This document shows positions 37,720 to 49,844 of a stretch of 57,236 nucleotides of DNA, piece by piece. Under the pieces are notes generated by a model. It searched no databases, was not told the origin of the DNA, and saw only the letters and a list, made by a program, of their open reading frames with translations. Position numbers and translations under genes: made by a program. Each line of letters opens with the position of its first letter. Position 1 is the first letter of the stretch. The DNA comes from Chiloscyllium plagiosum (taxonomy: Eukaryota). The stretch is from assembly GCF_004010195.1 (NCBI RefSeq), contig NC_057724.1, positions 3,445,087 through 3,502,322 on the forward strand. Direction: 5' to 3'.

Positions 37720-38045
37720 CACTGAAAACAACAAATGCTGGAGATCATAGTGGGTCAGACAGCATCCATGGAGAGAGAGCAAGCTAACATTTCGAGTCGA
37801 GGTGACTCATCATCAGAGCTGAAGTGAAGCGTGGAGAGGACGGTAGTTATGCTGTAGTTTGTGAGGGATGGGGCTGGGAGTAGTGGGTGTAGGGTTCAGG
37901 TGAAGAAAAGACATTGATAGTTCAGATTAAGTGATCAGAATGTGACAATGGCAGAACAGTGGTGTCCTTCCTGCCAGAATTAAAAGGGTAGTAAGTAGGG
38001 AGGGAGGGAGGACAGGGTAACAAGTTAAAAGAAAAGGAAGAAATG
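37720..38045 (-). mobile_element. Penelope-like 3' terminus with hammerhead motif at 37783-37819
   Basis: GCU-CUGAUGA-U-GAGUC-ACCUC-GACUC-GAAA-UGUU-AGC, followed by an atgctgtctgacc...ccagcattt terminus. Confidence 0.65.
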
Positions 38046-38344
38046 TGATTCACATTGCTGTGGGAGATGGCTTTGAGAGAATAAGGGTTTTTAACAAAAT
38101 CTCTGAGAACTGCTATGCAGAGGCAGCCTGCAAAAGCCTGGGAAACTGGCAGGAGCTAGAAGCAAAAACTCTGTATGGTTCACCATATAGGAATGCGGGG
38201 AGAAACTCACGCATGGATGAATTTATGAAGATTTGGAATTAAGTCTGAAACATTTGACTGGCTTGTGGGAGAGTGGAAATCAACAGGAAATCCTGTACCA
38301 TGAAAGATCTACAGTTGAATGTGTCTAGGTGCAAATGCAAGGAT

Positions 38345-38945
38345 GCTGAGAGTCACTTTGACTGTGCGCGTCTGTGTGTATCTGTGTCCGTGTGCATGTG
38401 AGAGTGTGTGTGTGTAGTACAGGTGATCACCATTGCACTACACACACACACACACACACAGATATTCCTACACACAGACACCCACACACACCCTTATAGA
38501 CACACAGACTCCCACACATACACCCCCTCACAGACTTAAGACACTCTGCACTCACTANNNNNNNNNNNNNNNNNNNNNNNNNNNNNNNNNNNNNNNNNNN
38601 NNNNNNNNNNNNNNNNNNNNNNNNNNNNNNNNNNNNNNNNNNNNNNNNNNNNNNNNNNNNNNNNNNNNNNNNNNNNNNNNNNNNNNNNNNNNNNNNNNNN
38701 NNNNNNNNNNNNNNNNNNNNNNNNNNNNNNNNNNNNNNNNNNNNNNNCACTGTATTCTAACAGATGAAAGGCTTAACAGACAATCAATTCTTCAATATAT
38801 AATTTCAGTTACATCACACTGCAAATTTTTGCTATAAATTCTGTGTTACGATCGATCCCTCCACAATCATCTGATGAAGGAGCGTCGCTCCGAAAGCTAG
38901 TGTGCTTCCAATTAAACCTGGTGTTGTGTGATTTTTAACCTTGTG
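38345..38945 (+). mobile_element. Penelope-like 3' terminus with (CA)n tracts; spans N gap
   Basis: A CA-rich UTR, then ctgatgaaggagcgtcgctccgaaagctagtgtgcttccaattaaacctg. Confidence 0.6.
38868..38902 (+). ncRNA. Minimal type-I hammerhead ribozyme motif (intact core, AGCU palindrome)
   Basis: CAU-CUGAUGA-A-GGAGC-GUC-GCUCC-GAAA-GCUA-GUG. Confidence 0.68.
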
Positions 38946-39032
38946 AATCATGGTTTCCTTAGTATGGGTCACTATTGCTGGTGCTCTGTGCTCCTGGTTC
39001 ATTCTCTAACTTCTGTCTGTCCTGTTTTGCAG

Positions 39033-39123
39033 TGGGTTTAGGAGAAGCTGCCAATTTTGCTGCCTATGTCTTTGCTCCAGCAACTCTGGTCACTCCGCTG
39101 GGAGCCCTTAGTGTCCTTGTGAG
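39033..39123 (+). CDS. NIPA2-like coding exon 3
   Basis: [31 protein letters not shown]; 91 nt, CAG/GTGAGC. Confidence 0.95.
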
Positions 39124-39517
39124 GTGAGCAAACATCTGACATCACTTAGTTCCAGCTCCAATTCATCTCTATCTTGCCAGTCTACAGTTTCACAGACCCT
39201 GACCATACACCAGTCCTTCAAATATATGGTCATTTGTGGTGCTCAGACCAATGAATGCAGTTGTTCTGTCATGGAAGTCAAGGGTAACACCACTCATACC
39301 TCAGGTCCTTATCCATGCAGTTTACATGAGCTGCACTGGGAAACTGTCTCCTCTCCCCATGACAAACGCTCACTCACTGTCTCCCTCCAGTTCAGTGACA
39401 ATGGGGTATCTCAATATCCAAGGATTGAGTGACATCAGGACTGAGCTGGAATCCAGGAACATGAGTAATCCAGTTCTACAGCATGAAAAGAGGCTCTTCA
39501 GCCCAGAGTATGTTTTT

Positions 39518-39780
39518 AGGCAACTGACTGTGTGGAGTTTGCACATTCTCCCCATGTCTGCGTGGGTTTCCTCCGGGTGCTCCGGTTTCCTCCTACAGTC
39601 CAAAAATGTGCAGGTTAGGTGAATTGGCCATGCTAAATTGCCCGTAGTGTAAGGTGAAGGTGTAAATGTAGGGGAATGGGTCTGGGTGGGTTGCTCTTCG
39701 AAAGGGCGGTGTGGACTTGTTGGGCCGAAGGGCCTGTTTCCACACTGTAAATAACCTAAACTAATCTAATCTAATCTAAA
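39518..39780 (+). mobile_element. 5'-truncated HE1 SINE
   Basis: aggcaactgactgtgtggagtttgcacattctcccc...ctaatctaatctaaa. Confidence 0.85.
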
Positions 39781-40297
39781 ACACAGTGGGGTAGGTACAG
39801 CACGTGATAGAATAAGCTCTGTACCTTTTAAGAACCAAAAGTAAAGCTTTCTCCTCTTTTAAACTGAAACTATAGCTGCCTCTACCCTTCTAAATAGAAC
39901 ATCACAAACTACACTGTCGCCATCAAATACTCCTAGGATAAGTATAGCACAGAGTTAGACACAGAGTAAAGCTGCCTATTCTTTTAAACTGCATGTAGAA
40001 CAGGGACAGTAGGGAAGTTAAGGCCGGTGAGCCTTACATCAATGGTAGGGAAATTATTGGAGAAGGTTCTTAGAGATAGGATTTACTTGCGTTTAGAAAA
40101 ATGGCTTAGATTAAGTAATCAGAAGGCCGCATGGTTTTGTCCAGAGAAGATCATGTCACACAAACTTGATTTTTTTTGAGGAAGTGACAAAGATGTTTGA
40201 CAGGGCAGTAAATGTTTGCCAGTGTGGACTTTAGCAAAGCCTTTGACAAGATCCCTCATAAACAGACTGATTCAAAATGTGAAGCCACATGCAATCT

Positions 40298-40486
40298 GGA
40301 GAAAGTGAGGACTGCAGATGCTGGAGATCAGAGCTGAAAATGTGTTGCTGGAAAAGCGCAGCAGGTCAGGCAGCATCCAAGAAGCAGGTTTCCTGAAGAT
40401 TCAAGGGCTCATGCCTGACCTGCTGCGCTTTTCCAGCAACACATTTTCAGTTCTGATCTCCAGCATCTGCAGTCCTCACTTTCTCC
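40298..40486. mobile_element. Fold-back mini Penelope-terminus element
   Basis: Inverted arms of about 75 bp (ggagaaagtgaggactgcagatgctggagatcag...), same family as 8935-9168. Confidence 0.8.
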
Positions 40487-41073
40487 CAGATGCCAGGGTC
40501 AGGGATGTCTCGGATCAACTCTACAGGGTTCTTAAGGGGAAGGGAGAGCAGCTAGAAGTCATGGTACACATTGGTACCAATGACATAGCTACAAAAAGCA
40601 ATGAGGACATGAAATTGAATATGGGGAGTTAAATTGGAAGCTAAAAGGCAGACCGATCAGAGGATTACTACCGGTGCCACAGGCTAGTGAGGCGAGGAAC
40701 AGAGAGCGAATGCAGCTGAACACATGGCTGTAGAGCTGTGTAGGAGGGAGGGCTTCACATATGTTGATCATTGGGGTGCCTTTTGGGGAAGGTGGGAGCT
40801 GTACAAGGAGGACGATTTGCACCTGAACTGGAGGGGCACCGATATCCTGGGCAGGAGGTCTCCCACAGTTCTTTGGGAGGGGTTTAAACTAGTTTGGCAG
40901 GGGGATGGGAACTGGAGCTATGGGTCAGAGGATGGGGTAGCTGGTGAACAGGCAAACACATTGTGCAGAGAGTCTGTGGGGAAGGATAGACAGTTGATAA
41001 GGCAAAGTTGCCGTCAGTGTGATGGGTTGAAGTGTGTCTATTTTAACGCAAGAAGTGTCAGGAATAAGGGTGA

Positions 41074-41458
41074 TGGGAATTTGTGTTGCAGACGTTTCGT
41101 CCCCTGTCTAGGTGACATCCTCAGTGCTTGGGAGCCTCCTGTGAAGCGCTTCTGTGATCTTTCCTCCGGCATTTGTAGTGGTTTGAATCTGCCACTTCCG
41201 GTTGTCAGTTCCAGCTGTCAGCTGCAGTGGTCGTTATATTGGGTCCAGGTCGATGTGCTTATTGACTGAATCTGTCCTGGACCTGGATCCAATATACCAA
41301 TATGCAACGGACAGCTGGAACTGTGCTTCACAGGAGCTCCCAAGCACTGAGGATGTCACCTAGACAGGGGACAAAACATCTGCAACACAAATTCCCAGCT
41401 CGGCGAACAGAACCACAACAACGAGCACCCGAGCTACAAATCTTCTCACGAACTTTGA
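41074..41458. mobile_element. Two inverted Penelope terminal repeats; intact hammerhead at 41088-41127 (-), decayed at 41344-41383 (+)
   Basis: Same family as 4601-4740 and 16879-17156. Confidence 0.8.
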
Positions 41459-43519
41459 ATTTAATAAGGCTCCCCATGGCAGGTTCATTCAGACAGTAAG
41501 GAAGCATAGGATACAGGGAAATGGGACTATCTGGATACAGAACTGGCTGGCTCAAAGAAGACAGAGAGTATAAGTGGATGGAAAGTATTCACCCTGGAGC
41601 TTGGTGACCAGTGATGTTCCACACAGATCTGTTCTGGGACCTCTGTTCTTTGTGATTTTTATAAATGACTTTGATGAGGAAGTGGAAGGGTGGATTAGTA
41701 AGTTTGCTGATGACACAAAGGTTGGTAGTTGGAGGGTGGTGGGTAGTTGGAGAGTTGTGGGTAGTGTGGAGGGTTGTTTTCGGTTGCAGTGGGAAATTGA
41801 CAGGATGCAGAACTGGGGTGAAAAGTGGCAGATGGGTTCAACCTGGAAAAGTGTGAAGTGATTCATTTTGGAATGTCGAATTTGAATGCAGATTACAGGA
41901 TTCTTGGCAGAGTGGAGGAGCAGTGGGATCTTGGGGTCCACATCCAAAGATCCCTCAAAGTTGCCACCCACATTGATAAGGTTGTTCAGAAGGCTATGGT
42001 GTTTTGGCTTTCATTAGCAGGGGGATTGAGTTTTAGAGCCATGAGGTTATGCTGCAACTCTATAAAGCCCTAGTTAGACCACACTTCGAATATTGTGTTT
42101 GGTTCTGGTCACGTCATTACAGGAAAGATATAGAAGCTTTAGAGAGGGTGCAGAGGAGATTTACCAGGATGCTGTCTGGACTAGAGAGAATGCCTTATGA
42201 AGGAAGGTTGAGGAAGCTGGGCTTTTCTCATTGGAGCAAAGAAGGATGAGAGGTGACTTGATCGCGCTATACAAGATGACGAGAGGCATATATAGAGTGG
42301 ATAGCCAAAGACATTTTCCCAGGGTGGAAGTGGCTATCACAAGGCACAATTTTAAGGTAATTGGAGAACGTTTAAGGGAGATGTCCACAGAGAGTAGTGG
42401 GTGCCAGCAGTAGTAACAGAATCAGATACTTCAGGGACATTTGGGTGATTTTTTGGATGGGCATATGGATGATAGTAAAATGCAGGGTATGTACGTTCAT
42501 TTGATCTTAAAGTAGGATAAAAGGTTGGCACAAAATCAAGGGCTGAAGGACTTATACTGTGCTGTGCTGTTCTATGTTCTAAAACTGGATAAGGTGGTCA
42601 AGATGGTCAATATGGCATGCCTTCATCTGTCATGGCAGAGAGTATGAAAATTGGCAAGTCATGTTAGAGGTGTATAGACCTTTAGTTATGCCACATTTGG
42701 AATATTGTATACAGTTTGGGTCACCACACTACCAAAAGGATATGGAGATTTTGGAGAATGTTCAGAAATGGTTTATTAGGATATTGCCTGCTTTGGAGGG
42801 TATTAGCTATGAGAGATTGGACAAACTTGTGTTTTTTTCCACTCGAACATTGAAGGATGAGGAGTGACTTGATAGGAGTTTATAAAATTACGAGAGACAT
42901 GAATAGAACGGATAGTTGGTAGAAATAATTGGCTGCACGGTGGCTCAGTGGTTAGCACTGCTGCGACCCAGGTTCGATTCCAGCCTCAGGCGACTGTCTG
43001 TGTGGAGTTTGCACATTCTCCTCGTGTCTGCATGGGTTTCCTCCCACAGCCCAGAGATGTGCAGTTTAGGTGGATTGGCTATAGTGTCCATGGATGTGTA
43101 GGCTAGGTGGGTTAGCCATGGGGAATGCAGGGTTACAGAGTAGCAGAGTGGGTCTAGCTGCACTTCAGAGAGTTGGTGTGGACTCGATGAGCCAAACGGC
43201 CTTCTTCCACACTATAGGGATTCTATGAAATATCGTTTACTAGGAGACATGGGTTTAAGGTACAAGAGGAAAGGTTTAAAGGAGATGTAAGAAGCTAATT
43301 GTTTTTTCACAGGGTGGTGAGTGCCTGGAATGCCCTGCCAGAGGAGGTGGTGTAGGCAGTTACTTTAGTCATGTTTAAGAGGTGTCTTTACAAATGTATA
43401 AATAGGCAGGGAATAGAGGGAAGTGGACCGCATAGAGGCAGAAGGTTTTTAGTTGAGAAAGACGTCATACAGTTTTGCAGTCTGTTCTTGTATTGTCCTT
43501 CATTCTAAAGCTCTCAAAA

Positions 43520-44235
43520 TTGTCTGGATCAAATACTCCCATGACAGAGATAGCATGGGGTTAGAGGCAGACCAAAGCTCCCTCTATTCTTTTAAAATGA
43601 AAGTAAAGCTTCCCCCTCTCTTTAAACAAAGTAACCTTTCAGAAGTGAAAGTAAAGATACAGAGTAAAGCTTCCTCTAATATTTTAAACAAAGTAAATGT
43701 CTGTCAAAACTATCTATATCAAACATTCACAAGATCGGAACAGTATGGGGTTTGATGCAGAGGAAAGCTGTTTCTACACTTTTAAACCAAAAGTAAAGCT
43801 TCCACAATCCTTTTAAACTGAAAGTAAAATTCCCTTGACACCATCCCCATGAAACACTCCTGGGACAGGTACAGCACAGGGTTAAATACAAAGCAAAGCT
43901 CATCTATTCTTTTAACCTGAAATTAAACTAGCTCTGCACTCCCAGGAGAGATACAGGGCAGGGTTAGATACGAATTAAGGATTAGAGTCCCCCTATTCTT
44001 TTAATCTGAAAGTAAATGGAAATTAAAGTTCTCTCGACACCATTCCCATCAAACACTCCTGGGACATGGACAGCATGGAATTAGATACAGAGTCGAGCTT
44101 TAAACTGAAAGTATAGCTCTGATGACATTGTCCCCATCGAGCACACACAAGATAGGCACAGTCCGGGGTTAGCTACAGAGTAAAGCTTCCTCTAAACAGT
44201 CCTCTAGAAACCCTCCCAGGGCAAATATAACATGG
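43520..44235 (+). repeat. Degenerate tandem array of cagcacggggttagatacagagtaaagctccctcta-type unit (also about 39785-40000 and 47800-47970)
   Basis: About 7 recognisable copies interleaved with ttttaaactgaaagtaaagct. Confidence 0.75.
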
Positions 44236-44936
44236 AGACTGGTCCTATCCCTCAGTTGTTTATGTCGTTTAAAGAGCAATTACTATCCCTGCTGTACACA
44301 CAAGTGCGATCCGTGGAGTAGCTACATTTGAGGAAACTGTCGTTTGGCTTTAGATCTCAGGCTTAGTGGTTGTGTCTGTCTCATTATTTTGCATCTACAA
44401 TTTAAGATAATTGCAAGTAGCTATTTGAATTTATTCCAGACCTTTCGGACTTTTAATGTAACTACAGGATTAGGTCAACTCCTATTTGCTTGTCCTTTTC
44501 ATATTTTAAATTATCAATGTATCTGGAATGAAAGAATGAGCTCTCAGCTGCATTTCCTTCCCTAACACCATTGGGTGTTTACCTGCAGCACATGAACTTC
44601 AGTGGTTCAAGAAGGCAGCTCACCACCACCACCTCACGGGCTACTAGGGATAGGCAGTAAATAGCGGCCATCCAGCAACACTGACATCCCGCACAGGCTG
44701 TCGTGGATGGGGTCAAGTCAAAGTTCAAAACTGTTGTTTGTCGGACCATGTGAAGACTGAAAGAGATATAAAGTTTCAGGGAAAGTATATCTCAGTGATT
44801 TCTCCATAATGTGCAAGGATGAGATTAGTTGGAGATGGCTCTTTTGATCTTTGCAAGCTACTTTCAGTGTTGATGGTTTTCTGCAGGGCCTTTGCATGTG
44901 CTAATCAAAAGTCCTTGCTTTCTCCCCTCTCTACAG

Positions 44937-45097
44937 TGCTGTTTTATCCTCTTATTTTCTAAATGAGAGCCTTAACCATCATGGGAAGATGGGCTGCATC
45001 TTGAGTATTTTGGGATCGACAGTGATGGTAATCCATGCCCCCCAAGAGGAGGAGGTTGGCACCTTGACTGAAATGGTGGAAAAGCTCAAAGATCCAG
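44937..45097 (+). CDS. NIPA2-like coding exon 4
   Basis: [53 protein letters not shown]; 161 nt, CAG/GTAGGC. Confidence 0.95.
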
Positions 45098-46211
45098 GTA
45101 GGCCAAATATTGCAAAGTAAAACCTCATAGACTGACAACTGTTTAAAGGAAATCTGCAACTACTACAGAGCTCAGTTCCTCACTGTATAGTTGTTCTAAT
45201 TCTACAAAATCATGAATTTATTACAGGAGAAGCCATTTGGCTATATGGCAGTATATTCCTCCCCAGGAGAATGACTTGTATATGAGCAGTGAACGGCAAC
45301 AGGCTATTCGGTTGTTTGAGCCTGTTCTACCATTCAATAAAATTATATCTGATCTTAATATAACCTCATCCGTATTGTTTCCAACCCCACTGATTAACAG
45401 TCTAAGAATCTACCTACCTATGCCTTAAAATATTCAAGGGCTCTGTTTCCACTACTTTTTCTGAGAGTTCCAAAGACCCTAAGAGAAAACAAATTCACTT
45501 CATCTGTTTTAAATAGGTGGCCCCTTAATTTTAATGACCCCGAGTTCTAGATCCTCCAATAAGAGGAAACATCCTTTTCACATTAACCCAAGCATAATTT
45601 CTCAGAATCTTATGTTTGAATAAAAGTTACCTCTTACCTCAGCAGATAAATAAGGTGACCAATCTGTGTACAATACTATTATTCCTACAGAGGCAGTAGG
45701 GCATGGTAATGTCACTGGTCCTGTGATCCAGAACCTCAGACTAATGTTCTGGCACTGCAGAAAATTTGAATTCAACAAAATAGCTGGAAAATAAAAGCGG
45801 GACCAGTGGTGACCATATAAATATTATAAATTGTCCTAGAAAGCCATCTATTTATTATCATTTTAGAGAAAGAACTATGTATCCATACCTGGACTGACCT
45901 ATGTGTTGGTTGAGATTGACAGCAATATGTTTGGTTGACACTCCTGCCCTCTGGGTAATTAGGGGTGGGCAATAAATACTGGTCTAGCTAGTGATGCCTA
46001 TATCCATATTAATCCCTTTTGATAGTTACCATTCAACCTGCTTCACATCCCTGATGGTCTAATTCAAAGCAAATATATTTCTCATACTTCCATTTGCCTG
46101 TCTGTTCTATTTCTTAAACCTATTCAGTGTGCTGATGTAGTTCAATCACACATGAGAGCCATCACTTAAACATTTAATACCATTTAAATTCAACTCGTGT
46201 CTGGCTTGCAG

Positions 46212-46831
46212 GTTTTATTGTGTTTGCAATATGTGTCGTCACCAGCTGCCTGACCCTGATCACTGCAGTAGCCCCCCGCTATGGGCAGAAGAATGTGCTG
46301 GTCTACATCCTGATCTGTTCCATCATCGGCTCCCTCTCCGTCTCTTGTGTCAAGGGCCTGGGGATCGCCATCAAGGAACTGTTTATGGGTCGCCCTGTGC
46401 TGGTGCAGCCAGTGACCTGGATCCTGCTAGGCTGCCTGATACTCTGTGTGAGCATACAGATTAATTACTTAAACAAAGCCCTGGACATTTTCAACACCTC
46501 CATTGTTACACCCATCTACTATGTCCTGTTCACCACTGCTGTCATGACCTGTTCAGCCATCTTGTTCAAGGAGTGGTATCACATGACCATAGACAACATT
46601 GTGGGCACGATAAGTGGGTTTGTCATCATTGTTCTTGGGATCTTCTTGCTCCATGCCTTCAAGAACATCAGCTTCACCCTTGGTACCCTACCCCCATTCA
46701 TCAGGAAGAGTGAACCTGGCACCATGTGGACCAACATGACACAGCATCAGCAGTATCCAGGTCTGCCAGAGCAGGAAACTGAAGTCCTCATCTGCCCAAG
46801 TGAAGTTGGGATTGTGCATGGTTTCACCTGA
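46212..46831 (+). CDS. NIPA2-like coding exon 5 (terminal); spliced CDS 1068 nt = 355 aa
   Basis: GFIVFAICV...[34 protein letters not shown]...[27 protein letters not shown]...TGA. Confidence 0.96.
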
Positions 46832-48837
46832 GGCCGGATCTCAAATGAAACAGGGCTGAATGGGCTATCAATGGATATGATGGGCGATGGAGTGAGTTCA
46901 GAACTTGCAAAGTTCTTCTGCAGAAATCCAGTTTGGCAATACTCACAGTTAAAGCTTGTGCCATTTTCCCTTCTGTTAATATGATTCTCTTCTTCCCTTA
47001 ACTTGGGCCATAAACCCTTTGCTGCTTGATTCAGTGCTGTTTGAACTAAAGGGGAGTTTGGCCAACACCACTTCATGTAATTGCATTACTGTGCTTACTA
47101 ATAACTGACCCTGAAGGAGTGTTTGTTTCCTGGTACTAAAAGGCTAGAAAGATGTAAATATGGCTATTCAAATATACGAAGGCTGGAGCAGTGGAATCTC
47201 CCTGCAGGATCACCTCATTCATTCTAAAACTATGCAAGACTCAAGTATCAAAGTTCTGTAGACTCTACCCTACACAGTTCCATGACTCCTACACCTCACC
47301 TCTGAAATACTGTGTCACAAATACAAATTTAACAGGCCAAGAAACATTTTATTACTATATATTGTAACAAAAGTAATGCATCAGTCAGCAGAGCACAAAT
47401 GTCAGTCTATTGTCTTTCACCAGCTGAAAATACTACTTTCACAATATATCCCACTAAATTGGAAAATGTGTGCCAACACCAGGAGGGATAATCAGCTTTG
47501 AGAAATGCCACTGCTGTCATGATTTTTTTGCTGCCAATACACTGACAGTTTATATTATTTTGATCACAAACACCAGCCGTCACTAATCAACAGCAGGTCA
47601 GTAACCATGCTCGTACATTCCAGTAAAAGATGGTCTGTCCCAATACAATCCAAACTCAGTAGAAATTTCAGCTCAAAGGTTAATGGAGCTGGGGCTCTAA
47701 GAGGCTATTACAGTAGAAAATGTAATCTGCACAGTAACTGTCCTGGAAGAGTTTGTTAGAAAAGATGAGCTTCAGCTTCAACATATTAAGCACTAGTAGG
47801 GACAGGGACAGCATGGGGTTAGATACAGAATGAAGCACCCAAGACTGGTACAATATCGGGTTAATTATAACTGTAGAAGGAACTTTACTTAGTAGAGTCA
47901 GCACAGTGTTAAATACAATGATGGGGACACTGAAGAGGGAGATTTACTCTGTATCTAATCTGTACTCTGTCAGAAGGCAAGTGTTTGATTCTCACATTGT
48001 ACCATACTAATAGAACATGTTGTATACTCATTGCTGACACCTCCATGACTGCAGTAACAAGTTTTCTGTCACTCGAGCTGAGGACCATGGTAGTGATATG
48101 ACATAAAAAGCTATGAAACTGAGGGCGGTGATGCTGTTCCAGAGGATCACACCAATGAGTTATTCTAACAGTTTGATAAAACCAGGTGCTGACTGGATAA
48201 CTCATCTTGCACAGAGGATGGGTAACTTGTAGCTTCATCCACTAAGTACAAATTCCATTGGAAGCATGCAAAAGATGCTCTTACCCTCTAATCATTTAGC
48301 TCTAAGTGAAGGCATTGCATGAATCTGATTGGAAGTTCAAGTTAGTGCCCATAGTCTTGTCACTTTGTTGAAAATAGAGTAAAACAGCTCATCTGTGCCT
48401 AAGTTCCAAAGTTGCTTCTGATTGTTTTGGATTGGGTTGGGATATCTGGTCGACATGGATGAGTTAGACCAAAAGGATCTGTTTCTATGCTGTACTTCTC
48501 TGTGACTAATTCCCAGCAACTGTATTTAATGTGCTCTGGCTGTGACAATTCTGCATTTACCTGCTTTAAGTTCCAATAATGCCTGCTAAATTGTTTTTTT
48601 TAATGAAAATGGTTGGGGCAGCAGTTTCTCAACACAATTTAATGGGACTCTCCTGTTATTTCAGTAGAACACTGCCTGAGGGTGTCTCTAAAGTATTCAG
48701 TTTGTTCAGCTTGTCAGCAGAGCTTTTCAATCTTTACACTCAAGATTGTCCGGTTATGGAATGAGGAGCACAGAAGACCCTCACCCCACCACCACGGGAA
48801 GATCATAGATACGGAACATTGAACGCTGTTCAATTCT

Positions 48838-49080
48838 GTCATTGTGGGAAAATCAGACATAGATTTCCTGTCCCCTTCTCTGGCTGAAATCTTGTACTGT
48901 CACCATGTGAAAATCACGATATAGATCCCTGTCCCATTGTGAAAATCACAGATGTGGATTCCCCATCCCAATTTCATTGTGAAAATCACAGACACAAGCC
49001 CTCGTTTTGTTCTGCTACCATGTGAAAAATCAGATATGAATTCCCCCAACTTGTTTTGTGTGAAAATCATGAATCCCACT
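48838..49080. repeat. Minisatellite with palindromic core TGTGA-AAA-TCACA (about 6 copies)
   Basis: tgtgaaaatcac-like cores at about 48843, 48906, 48938, 48978, 49021 and 49059. Confidence 0.7.
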
Positions 49081-49157
49081 CTGAATAGACAATTTATCTG
49101 GGACACCAGATTTAATTTTTCATGCTGAAGACAGCACGTAGATCATCCCCACTATGT

Positions 49158-49207
49158 TTTATTGTATTGAGTGCATGTTTGTGTTAAAAACGCCACCGTG
49201 CTTTATT
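49158..49207 (-). terminator. Candidate TIMM8A poly(A) signals (AATAAA at 49207-49202 and 49163-49158)
   Basis: Two minus-strand AATAAA hexamers 210-260 nt after the stop codon. Confidence 0.55.
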
Positions 49208-49419
49208 TCTGGATGGTAAGACGATCATACAGGAGACTCAGTATCAAGGACATAATAGCCCGATTTAAGGTCCTTCCGAGAGCAGTCGGGGCTAGCAGGT
49301 CCCATAGAGCTGTGCCCCAGCAATGCTGCCTGCCCATTCTGCACTGTGCCTGACACGCACTGCGCCATGTGTTGAGGCAAGTCTTTTGTGCCGCTGTTCC
49401 ACAGTATACTCCTGCTCAC

Positions 49420-49578
49420 TCAGTCACTCAGACTCTCTGGTGACATCCTGCTTTTTTGTGTCTGTTCCAGTCGATTGAGGATGAACTGGCTGGTGTCGAT
49501 AAAGCGTTCCACACAGTTCACAAAGCAGGTTTCTGTTCTGCTGTCGAGCCGTGGGCCTGGTTTATCCATACACTTATC
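49420..49578 (-). CDS. TIMM8A: Mitochondrial small Tim chaperone Tim8A, exon 2
   Basis: [52 protein letters not shown]; CAG acceptor; 159 nt. Confidence 0.96.
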   Translation of the reverse strand, partial: DKCMDKPGPRLDSRTETCFVNCVERFIDTSQFILNRLEQTQKSRMSPESLSD

Positions 49579-49844
49579 CTGCCAAGGAAGAGGACAATCA
49601 TCAACAGGACAGGAAGTGAGGTGTTGTGACCTGATCAAATTCAACGTCAAAGGAATCGGACGGAAATGGGGAACAATTCTGGCCAGTCGTGACTACTTTC
49701 AAATAGAGACAGAATAAACTTGCTCGTTAGTTACATTAAACATCTGTAAGGGAGCATTTTGGAATCTTTCAAGGTTAAATCATTCAATTTTTGCACAACA
49801 AAATAATTGGAAGCCGTCAACAAGAGAAAGTAACAAACATGAGA

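Larger units (their letters stand above)
40000..43480 (+). mobile_element. Mosaic of CR1-type LINE pieces including ORF1 SGNH-esterase region (about 40487-40900) and RT/3' ends; HE1 SINE at about 42930-43228
   Basis: VMVHIGTNDIA and DHWGAFWGRWELYKEDDLHLNWRG (esterase); VYFNARSVRNK (APE start); SKFADDTKVG (RT). Confidence 0.8.

Noticed and set aside
48838-49080. CRISPR-like or bacterial CRP-site-like repeat/spacer pattern
   Set aside because: The repeats are short and degenerate, the spacers resemble each other, there are no cas genes and the context is vertebrate.
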